Source of the DNA: Selaginella moellendorffii
Lineage: Eukaryota > Plantae > Lycopodiophyta
DNA: 64,000 nt
NCBI RefSeq assembly: GCF_000143415.4
Contig: NW_003314298.1
Coordinates: 882,645-946,644, forward strand
Reading direction: 5' to 3'
Positions within the stretch are counted from its first letter, which is position 1; each line of letters begins with the position of its first letter. The notes beneath the pieces were generated by a model that saw only the letters and a list, made by a program, of their open reading frames with translations, was not told the DNA's origin and searched no databases. Positions 53,201 to 64,000 of this stretch are shown here, piece by piece. The position numbers and the translations under genes were made by a program.

Positions 53201-56200
53201 ACTAACTCTTCTTCTCGTAGAGTTAGCATAGTCCACGACTAAATCACTTTTCAAGGAAAAGCTAAAGCTCAACCCTCTACTAAATAATCTCGTCTAGAAC
53301 ACAACTAACTCAACTTGCCACTCAGTTCGTTTGAACGTCAACACAGTTGCTAACTAGCAAATGCACGAATGCCAACAACACAAAGCTATAGCCAAATCAT
53401 CAACACTATATTCATCAAGACTAATGAAACTCAATATCAATCCTTGGAAGGATATCTCATTTCACTCAGATCTCAATATCAACAATGTCAATGACAAAGC
53501 ATCACTTCAATGCCATCAACACCAAAACAAAGCTAGAAGAAAGCATGAGTGAATCACCACTCGGAGCTTTCCAGCAACCAAGCTAACCAAGGTCGAAGAT
53601 ACTTTAATTAGTAATCGAGACCAATCCTCTAACAATACTCAGTTACAGATAACACATCATCAAGGAGTGATTCACCACGTCCAAGACTCAATGAAATCCA
53701 ACACTACGGACTAAATGTAACCAAATGATATCGACAGAGGTAGAGTCGACATGTCAACATGGAAAACCCATGTATGTCTAACGACACGATCCTCCGCAAC
53801 ACTATTCGGTAAAGCAAGCCCACCACTGCTAAATCATCATCGAGCAAAGCAAGTGTCAACGGTCCTTGATGAAGTCTACAAGTAATCACTAGTCGCAAAG
53901 CAACTAACAATCACTCCTCAACTTGCGTTCACAAGACTCAAACACCAACTCTTGTCATCAAGTTATATACTTATCTAGCATAAACATAATACCTCAAACA
54001 TGAGATAAAAGTTCATGGACAAGCACAAACTAAATGACCACTCGAATCCAACTCAACCGTAATAAGCTCACTAAAACATTTAGCCACTAGCTCTGAGCAT
54101 GCCTTGAAGAGGCTAGCTATGTGATCAACACCCAGTCGAAACTAAAGTGAAGACCATGAGATGGACTCATATTGGTACACAACCTCCTCATAGACAATGC
54201 TATAGTACGGGTACCAACATCTCAACCTCAAACAACTAAGTTGGACATCACCATCCTCAGCCAAGGTGCAGCCACCAAGACCAAGTCAAGATCAGTAAGA
54301 GCTCACTACTCTCATAGAGTCTAACGTAATGCAAGGTGCAAACTGCCACCAAGCACAACGCTACAAAAGAAAGGCACAAGGGTCACCTTTCTTAGAAAAG
54401 CGCAACAACCACTTTTCTACACCAACTCCAGACTCTATCCAACTCAATTGCCTTAGCCCTAAAAGTCAGCATCCCTTTCGGGTCGCATCATACAAACTAC
54501 TTACTAAGGTTTAAGCCAACCGAAGCCAACTCCAACCCCTTCAATAGTTTGTACTGGCTTACGAAAACAGAAAGGTTTTCGGACAAAGTGATCAACAGAT
54601 CAGCCATTGGAAAAGCCTAAGAAAATTTGTGGAAAATTTCCATCCTAGAGAAAGAATGACTCTCAGTCCAGGATTGCAAACTTTCAAGACTCAACCAACT
54701 TCATCCTACAAACAACTTCACATAGGTTCACCTCGACACAGATTCTTATGATCCATAATATGCTTAAGCATCGAACATCTTTGCCCATTTTCCTGACATC
54801 CAACTCCGACATCCGCAAAGTGCAAAATGAACATCCAAGGCTTGATCACGAAGACCACATCTTCGGATATCCACATTGCACTAACACTCTTCTTCAATCA
54901 TCTTCAAGATCCAATGTGAAGCCAAAACACTAACAAGAAAAATGACATGGAAAAAAAAAATCAAGGTCCAAGGAAAATTCCTCATCACTTGAAATAACAA
55001 TGCCACTTCCACTAACACAAGTGCTAGTGACGTCAATGCCCCAACTCCACATCTTCTCCATCCAACAATCTACTCCAAGTGCTAACGGATCAACCGATAA
55101 GCTATAGCAAATGAATGCTACAACCCTTTTCCAACACCTTAGTGGGCAAACTTAAGGAAACAAGGTACCTACTTAAGCTTAGCATAATGGACCACTATAG
55201 AGAATCCAATCAAAGCTACTACAATGCTACTTCGTGTAAGTAGACTAGCTTCTCCATCAACCACTTTGGGGTTGATCATCATTTACCCAAGCAACTTCGT
55301 AAACACATTGCTCATTATCACATGGATATGATATAAATCACAATGACTTGATCATCAATTGAGTAACGCAATGAGCAAAGCTTATGTCATTACTTCAAAT
55401 GTTTATATGAGTATCAAATGCCAACTCGATTCGACAAAATGCAACATAAATGCCACACTCCACCAATAGAGATTTATGACACCCAACACCACTAACTTTT
55501 GTTCACAACACAGACAAGCTTATGCCACTCTCTTTCCGACCAATCTCAAAACTATTCCAACACCAAGCTACTCAAGGAGCAATAACAAGGTTCCCCAGAA
55601 AAGAATTGAGCATTGCAACCCAAGTCTTCCAACAGCGAGCCTAGACAAAATGGTTTAGTGTTTCACCACTATCCATCCCATAACTCACCACTTGTAAGAC
55701 CACCATCTCCAACATGCATCAAGGTAGGGACTCTTGATTGCATAATGTAAACACGAGCAATGAGTCACACCTCGTTGCAAATCATCTCTTCAAGAAGAGA
55801 ACATGATTTACGTCTTTGATCCTCCGTCCCCGATGCCTCTCTTTTCGGTCTCATCTTTGACCAAACCTCAAGCTTGCTTTCACACTGCCTTCAGTTCAAT
55901 CGAAGAAAAGTTTATGAGAGAGCACGGCAATGATTACTTGAACCAATAGACTAATCCTTATAGTCTTGATTGATCCACTTATAATCATGCCTAGGAAGGA
56001 TCCACTAGTGCCGTGCTAAACAGCTACGGACCAGCCTATTTGCCACTCATAGCAAACTCAGGGAAAGTTTACTTTCACCCACGGTATATGGAACAACTCA
56101 TGGAACCACCGATAGGCTAACATTAATCCTGCCAACTCAAAGTGTAACCTCAAGTTGCTAATGCGCCTCACTCAAACTCGTGCAAATGGAACATCTCCAA

Positions 56201-56392
56201 ACCATCCTATGAGCCCAAGCGCAAGCTCACATCATAAGGTACAACAAGGTAACCCAAAACCTATCCCAAGGAACCAATGCGAAGTCTTTGCACCAAAACG
56301 TGTACCCACTCGGATCATCGTTTTCATCTCTGCGTATGCAACAAGACTAGTTGCCCAATCTCATTGAATAGTACTCGCTGAGACTCATTCTC
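50291..56392 (-). mobile_element. Second LARD-like unit: ~5-kb internal domain, PPT, LTR-B (50291-51433)
   Basis: Direct repeat of 43335-49450 at an offset of ~6956 bp. Confidence 0.9.
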
Positions 56393-56431
56393 TTGTTTCT
56401 TTGCTCAGGAGGGTTGGGGCCTCTGGCTTCT

Positions 56432-59400
56432 AATATTTTAGTGAGCTTATTACGGTTGAGTTGGATTCGAGTGGTCATTTAGTTTGTGCTTGTCCATGAA
56501 CTTTTATCTCATGTTTGAGGTATTATGTTTATGCTAGATAAGTATATAACTTGATGACAAGAGTTGGTGTTTGAGTCTTGTGAACGCAAGTTGAGGAGTG
56601 ATTGTTAGTTGCTTTGCGACTAGTGATTACTTGTAGACTTCATCAAGGACCGTTGACACTTGCTTTGCTCGATGATGATTTAGCAGTGGTGGGCTTGCTT
56701 TACCGAATAGTGTTGCGGAGGATCGTGTCGTTAGACATACATGGGTTTTCCATGTTGACATGTCGACTCTACCTCTGTCGATATCATTTGGTTACATTTA
56801 GTCCGTAGTGTTGGATTTCATTGAGTCTTGGACGTGGTGAATCACTCCTTGATGATGTGTTATCTGTAACTGAGTATTGTTAGAGGATTGGTCTCGATTA
56901 CTAATTAAAGTATCTTCGACCTTGGTTAGCTTGGTTGCTGGAAAGCTCCGAGTGGTGATTCACTCATGCTTTCTTCTAGCTTTGTTTTGGTGTTGATGGC
57001 ATTGAAGTGATGCTTTGTCATTGACATTGTTGATATTGAGATCTGAGTGAAATGAGATATCCTTCCAAGGATTGATATTGAGTTTCATTAGTCTTGATGA
57101 ATATAGTGTTGATGATTTGGCTATAGCTTTGTGTTGTTGGCATTCGTGCATTTGCTAGTTAGCAACTGTGTTGACGTTCAAACGAACTGAGTGGCAAGTT
57201 GAGTTAGTTGTGTTCTAGACGAGATTATTTAGTAGAGGGTTGAGCTTTAGCTTTTCCTTGAAAAGTGATTTAGTCGTGGACTATGCTAACTCTACGAGAA
57301 GAAGAGTTAGTGATCGATATTAGAATGTTGAGTCCTTGCTGGATTTGAGTTCGGAATATAGCAATCATTAATGATTCTTTTTGAGCTTGTTATGAAGTGA
57401 GTTACGTCTTGCATAGATGGATTCATGGAGGATCGTTTGATGATCACTTGTTAAGCATAGCTTCGTTATGCTTAGCTTTTGGATTGATGCAGAAATGCTC
57501 TTCATTAGCTTTGGCATTATAAAGTTTGGCTTATGGATGTGTTGAGGAAGATATTGTGGGTTGCACCATGATTTCTTCTTTAGCATTGAAGTTAGCTTCT
57601 ATGAGACTCGTGATCATTATTAGGCAAAACTTAGTTATAGGCTTCTTCGAGCTTTTGGTTCTTGAGTTTTGTGCTCATTGTTCCATTTGTTAGAAGTTGT
57701 TGGGGAAGGCATTTTGGCTCATTAGCTTCGATGTTGAAGTTGGTTTTTGCATCTGGCAATCATTGGTGATGATTGACTATCATCTAGGGTAGTTAATTGT
57801 CCTTATCACAAGTTTTGCTTGATTATTGTTGGTTTGGAATTATTTGCTATTCTTCGGGATGGTAGATTCTTTCTTCAACGATGATTATACATCACTACAT
57901 TGATGGGCTAATTGACGATCTTTCATGATAGTTGGTTGTTCTCTTTGATGGCTTTTGGCTTTTCACAATACCACATATTCTTTGTGGTTTGCTCTGGATT
58001 GGTCTCTTGGGTTTGAGACATCCGTAGGATGTTGCTAACACTTGCTTAGGCAACTTGAGTTCCTTCGTGTTGTTGGCTGGGATCTATTCGGATTGGCTAG
58101 TGTAATGGTTAATATGAACAAGCGTTTGTTTGCTTTGCAACATTCATTTTGTTCTGTTGATTGTTGCTCGAGTTAGTTTTGATAGATTTGGATGTTATTT
58201 CCTTTGGGTGATACATTCGCGAGCATTGTGCTTGTTAGTCAATGATACTTTGTGTTCTTTGAGTTCTCTCTAGTAAGTTGTTGGCTTACTGTCTACTATC
58301 TTCGATAGTTAAGTTTCATCATTGCGTTTCCTTGATGATATACTTGCTATTCAATTTTGTTAGATGGTGATTCCTATGTTTACCAATTATGATGATCTTG
58401 GTGGGTCCTATCTACAATACTACTGGTTTATCGGATGATAACTTACTTGGAATACTTTTGTGTTCTAATCTAAGCTTTATTCACTGATAATTAAATCTCT
58501 AAGATATCATTGTCTCTGACTTTGATATTGTCCATCTATTGATCTTTGAGTTTGGGCCAGTAATGGGCAGACTGGCTTCGGCACTTCGTGTGCATGGTGA
58601 AATCTCTAGTCATGGGGTAGCTACTGTTGACTGGTCACATAACCCGCCTCTCTGTTGATGTTCTTTATTCTGTGAAAGGGCGTGACCGTGTAAACAACTC
58701 TAACTGCCTGTTGACAGTAGTCTATCTAAACCTTACCGACGGGTTTGGTTTCTTTGCTCAGGAGGGTTGGGGCCTCTGGCTTCTCTCTCTATGTCTCTGC
58801 GGGCAGGGCATATCACACTTTTGTAGCTGGGTGACACCCAGAGCAGCAAGGGTGGCTGATTCTGTTGGTCATTTCCTTGTCGGCGACGGCCGGAAGGTGT
58901 CTGAGCTGGTAGCGCATCCGCGTTAGACAAAGAGGTTGCCCCCTTAACTCATTTAAGTTGGTGCATTTCTCACATAGTGTGAGTACCGTGAACTTTTTCT
59001 GGAGTTGTTTCCTTGGCGGTATTCTAGACTCGAGAATGCATCGACGAGGACGTCGATCTTCCCAAGGGGGGGAGAGTGTCGCGCATGTGACTTCGGGTAT
59101 CGAAAGTTACCTGTCGGCTAGTCCTTACGGACACTCTTACCTTACTGCCACGATGGCAGGAGGTCGGTATTGCTGGACCCGTTATTAGTCTCCGCCTAAG
59201 CTAGTTGAGAAACTGGTCCACGCGTGTGCACTTGACCAGATGGGCATAAGGACGGAATTCCTAAGTGCTATTAGTCAAGCATACTTGACCTGGTTAGAGA
59301 AACTCATTCGTTGACTTGCACTTGCTAGTGTTGGGAACCCCCGCGATATTGAGCTTGGTCCCTCAACATCGCTAGATGATAGCTTACCGTGTCTGCCAAA

Positions 59401-60219
59401 CACCCTCGCTATCATGCCCTTTGTGTTAGTCTCATTTCGGTCCCAAATGCTATTTATGGAAAGTGTCCAGATTTGCTCATTTGGCATATCTACGGAATGT
59501 AGAGATTGGCCTGAACACAATGGTGTTCGTCCCGTGTCCAAATTCGCAATCTAGGGACATTCCATATTTAGTAAGTTTCGAGCTTGTCCCAGAGACTAAC
59601 TCCAGATACTAAGGGAGGCTTGGGGTGAAAGCCCAAAGCGTGTGTTCCTCAAGGGGGGGGGGCTATAAGGGGTTCCAAATGTATAGTAGGGATAGTGGGT
59701 AGGTCGGGCATGGCCGACCAACCTGAGGCATAGTCTAGCTCCCGCTTGCGTGCCTGTCCTTGTTCTGCGTCCGGCTTGGGTCTAAGCCCAAGTTCCATTC
59801 CATGCTAGTTGGTGGAGTACCCATATCCTCGCGTTAGGCCACCGGTATGCCGAAATAGCGCCAGACTCCGTTTGGCTCCGTTTTGCGTGCTGGTCCTGGC
59901 ATTGGGATGCTGGTTGCTCTAGGACTGTTCCAAGTCGCTCCGGGCCCCTGTCCCTTCGCTCCTTGGGCTATATGCTCGGGAGTTGCTCCGTGGTCCGGTT
60001 CCATCACTCCTTGGCGTCACGCTTGGGAGTTTGGCACCGTTCCTTCGTTCAGTGGCCCAAGGCCCTGAACCTCGGGTTCCTGTGGACACGTGGCACGGAC
60101 ACGTGGTATGTGACACGTGGCATCTGTCACGTGGCACAAAGAGGGTTTAGGTTCCGCTTCGTGGTGTTATCCTATGGTAAATCACCATAGGATAAAGGGT
60201 CAAAACCACGTGCGCTACA
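56432..60219 (+). mobile_element. Inverted LARD-like unit: 3' half of the internal domain, PPT, LTR-B (59077-60219)
   Basis: Reverse complement of ~50291-54080. Confidence 0.9.
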
Positions 60220-63200
60220 GTTGGTATCAGAGCAAATGGCACGGGTTCGATTCCCATTGATTAGTGGCTACTTAAAAGTATAATATACCCTTGAGCAAGG
60301 TATATTCCTACCCCTAAATTTGAAATCATACGCATTGGGCATCCATGCGTACGTCCTTCCTCTTGTGTGGAGTATCCACGGACGAAGGTATCCACCGTGG
60401 ACCACGTGCGCTACATTTGGTATCAGAGAATGAGTCTCAGCGAGTACTATTCAATGAGATTGGGCAACTAGTCTCATTGCATACGCAGAGATGAAAACGA
60501 TGATCCGAGTGGGTACACATTTTGGTGCAAAGACTTCGCATTGGTTCCTTGGGATAGGTTTTGGGTTACCTTGTTGTACCTTATGATGTGAGCTTGCGCT
60601 TGGGCTCATAGGATGGTTTGGAGATGTTCCATTTGCACGAGTTTGAGTGAGGCGCATTAGCAACTTGAGGTTACACTTTGAGTTGGCAGGATTAATGTTA
60701 GCCTATCGGTGGTTCCATGAGTTGTTCCATGTACCATGGGTGAAAGCAAACCTCCCTGGGTTTGCTATGAGTGGCAAATAGGCTGGTCCATAGCTGTTTA
60801 GCATGGCACTAGTAGATCCTTCCTAGGCATGATTATAAGTGGATCAATCAAGACTGTAGGGAATAGTCTATTGGTTCATGTAATTATTGCCGTGATCTCT
60901 TATAAACTTTTCTTCGATTGAACTGAAGGCAGTGCGAAAGCAAGTTTGAGGTTTGGTCAAAGATGAGACCGGAAAGAGACTCATTGGGGACGAAGGATCA
61001 AATACGTAAATCATTTTCTCTTCTTGGAGAGATGATTTGCAACGAGGTGTTAACTCATTGCTTGTGTTCACATTATGCAATCAAGAGTCCCTACCTTGAT
61101 GCATATTGGAGATGATGGTCTTACAAATGGTGAGTTGTGGGATGGATAGCGGTGAAACGCTAAACCATTTTGTCTAGACTTGCTATCGGAAGACTTGGGT
61201 TGCAATGCTCAATTCTTTTCCGGGGAACCTTGCTATTGCTCCTTGAGTAGCTTGGTGTTGGAATAGTTTTGAGATTGGTCGGAAAGAGAGTGGCATAAGC
61301 TTGTCTGTGTTGTGAACAAAAGTTAGTGGTGTTGGGTGTCATAAATCTCTATTGGTGGAGTGTGGCATTTATGTTGCATTTTGTCGAATCAAGTTGGCAT
61401 TTGATACTCACATAAACATTTGAAGTAATGACATAAGCTTTGCTCATTGCGTTACTCAATTGATGATCAAGTCATTGTGATTTATATCATATCCATGTGA
61501 TAATGAGCAATGTGTTTACGAAGTTGCTTGGGTAAATGATGATCAACCCCAAAGTGGTTGATGGAGAAGCTAGTCTACTTACACGAAGTAGCATTGTAGT
61601 AGCTTTGATTGGATTCTCTATAGTGGTCCATTATGCTAAGCTTAAGTAGGTACCTTGTTTCCTTAAGTTTGCCCACTAAGGTGTTGGAAAAGGGTTGTAG
61701 CATTCATTTGCTATAGCTTGTCGGTTGATCCGTTAGCACTTGGAGTAGATTGTTGGATGGAGAAGATGTGGAGTTGGGGCATTGACGTCACTAGCACTTG
61801 TGTTAGTGGAAGTGGCATTGTTATTTCAAGTGATGAGGAATTTTCCTTGGACCTTGATTTTTTTTTCCATGTCATTTTTCTTGTTAGTGTTTTGGCTTCA
61901 CATTGGATCTTGAAGATGATTGAAGAAGAGTGTTAGTGCAATGTGGATATCCGAAGATGTGGTCTTCGTGATCAAGCCTTGGATGTTCATTTTGCACTTT
62001 GCGGATGTCGGAGTTGGATGTCAGGAAAATGGGCAAAGATGTTCGATGCTTAAGCATATTATGGATCATAAGAATCTGTGTCGAGGTGAACCTATGTGAA
62101 GTTGTTTGTAGGATGAAGTTGGTTGAGTCTTGAAAGTTTGCAATCCTGGACTGAGAGTCATTCTTTCTCTAGGATGGAAATTTTCCACAAATTTTCTTAG
62201 GCTTTTCCAATGGCTGATCTGTTGATCACTTTGTCCGAAAACCTTTCTGTTTTCGTAAGCCAGTACAAACTATTGAAGGGGTTGGAGTTGGCTTCGGTTG
62301 GCTTAAACCTTAGTAAGTAGTTTGTATGATGCGACCCGAAAGGGATGCTGACTTTTAGGGCTAAGGCAATTGAGTTGGATAGAGTCTGGAGTTGGTGTAG
62401 AAAAGTGGTTGTTGCGCTTTTCTAAGAAAGGTGACCCTTGTGCCTTTCTTTTGTAGCGTTGTGCTTGGTGGCAGTTTGCACCTTGCATTACGTTAGACTC
62501 TATGAGAGTAATGAGCTCTTACTGATCTTGACTTGGTCTTGGTGGCTGCACCTTGGCTGAGGATGGTGATGTCCAACTTAGTTGTTTGAGGTTGAGATGT
62601 TGGTACCCGTACTATAGCTTTGTCTATGAGGAGGTTGTGTACCGATATGAGTCCATCTCATGGTCTTCACTTTAGTTTCGACTGGGTGTTGATCACATAG
62701 CTAGCCTCTTCAAGGCATGCTCAGAGCTAGTGGCTAAATATTTTAGTGAGCTTATTACGGTTGAGTTGGATTCGAGTGGTCATTTAGTTTGTGCTTGTCC
62801 ATGAACTTTTATCTCATGTTTGAGGTATTATGTTTATGCTAGATAAGTATATAACTTGATGACAAGAGTTAGTGTTTGAGTCTTGTGAACGCAAGTTGAG
62901 GAGTGATTGTTAGTTGCTTTGCGACTAGTGATTACTTGTAGACTTCATCAAGGACCGTTGACACTTGCTTTGCTCGATGATGATTTAGCAGTGGTGGGCT
63001 TGCTTTACTGAATAGTGTTGCGGAGGATCGTGTCGTTAGACATACATGGGTTTTCCATGTTGACATGTCGACTCTACCTCTGTCGATATCATTTGGTTAC
63101 ATTTAGTCCGTAGTGTTGGATTTCATTGAGTCTTGGACGTGGTGAATCACTCCTTGATGATGTGTTATCTGTAACTGAGTATTGTTAGAGGATTGGTCTC

Positions 63201-64000
63201 GATTACTAATTAAAGTATCTTCGACCTTGGTTAGCTTGGTTGCTGGAAAGCTCCGAGTGGTGATTCACTCATGCTTTCTTCTAGCTTTGTTTTGGTGTTG
63301 ATGGCATTGAAGTGATGCTTTGTCATTGACATTGTTGATATTGAGATCTGAGTGAAATGAGATATCCTTCCAAGGATTGATATTGAGTTTCATTAGTCTT
63401 GATGAATATAGTGTTGATGATTTGGCTATAGCTTTGTGTTGTTGGCATTCGTGCATTTGCTAGTTAGCAACTGTGTTGACGTTCAAACGAACTGAGTGGC
63501 AAGTTGAGTTAGTTGTGTTCTAGACGAGATTATTTAGTAGAGGGTTGAGCTTTAGCTTTTCCTTGAAAAGTGATTTAGTCGTGGACTATGCTAACTCTAC
63601 GAGAAGAAGAGTTAGTGATCGATATTAGAATGTTGAGTCCTTGCTGGATTTGAGTTCGGAATATAGCAATCATTAATGATTCTTTTTGAGCTTGTTATGA
63701 AGTGAGTTACGTCTTGCATAGATGGATTCATGGAGGATCGTTTGATGATCACTTGTTAAGCATAGCTTCGTTATGCTTAGCTTTTGGATTGATGCAGAAA
63801 TGCTCTTCATTAGCTTTGGCATTATAAAGTTTGGCTTATGGATGTGTTGAGGAAGATATTGTGGGTTGCACCATGATTTCTTCTTTAGCATTGAAGTTAG
63901 CTTCTATGAGACTCGTGATCATTATTAGGCAAAACTTAGTTATAGGCTTCTTCGAGCTTTTGGTTCTTGAGTTTTGTGCTCATTGTTCCATTGTAGAAGT
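60220..64000 (+). mobile_element. PBS, partial TRIM-A internal domain, 15-bp LTR-B end, PBS, long internal domain running off the window
   Basis: PBS at 60222-60233 and 60418-60428; ACCACGTGCGCTACA at 60401-60415; then the reverse complement of ~52810-56392. Confidence 0.88.

Noticed and set aside
38401-64000. Dozens of recurring 60-99 aa ORFs
   Set aside because: They recur only because the DNA is repeated; they have no domain motifs, occur on both strands and often have non-ATG starts.

Overview
A eukaryotic, transposon-only window with no recognisable host gene. It is most likely from a non-seed land plant such as a lycophyte; this is inferred from 46-60 nt GT-AG introns, iMet-primed LTR elements, a Cassandra TRIM and a Tat element with an extra RNase H upstream of RT. 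From left to right: (1) an AT-rich LTR remnant with a tRNA-Ala PBS (~1480); (2) part of a putative DNA element (~2.1-7.85 kb, matching end near 12.88 kb) carrying a long minus-strand multi-exon gene with a ParB/Srx-like domain and a degenerate methyltransferase-like region, studded with at least 11 copies of a 22-bp palindrome; (3) a 5'-truncated Ty3/gypsy chromovirus (7.87-12.25 kb) whose integrase contains three canonical spliceosomal introns; (4) a minus-strand Tat-type Ty3/gypsy element split by (5) an 11.7-kb TIR/TSD-bounded DDE+SWIM DNA transposon (17486-29183) that carries a ParB-fused beta-class DNA amino-methyltransferase-like gene and two paralogous SGS3-like zinc-finger genes; (6) another gypsy RT/RH remnant with a complete 5S-derived Cassandra TRIM inserted (32957-33551); (7) a 25-kb rearranged, partly inverted array (38401-64000) of non-autonomous LTR modules built from a 162-bp LTR, a 1143-bp LTR, a 350-bp internal domain and a ~5-kb non-coding internal domain. 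Most short ORFs in the supplied track are spurious. The best candidate for a new system is DNA transposons carrying ParB-methyltransferase cargo, one of them with its own palindromic (parS-like) sites. All domain calls come from motifs read by eye, not from database searches.
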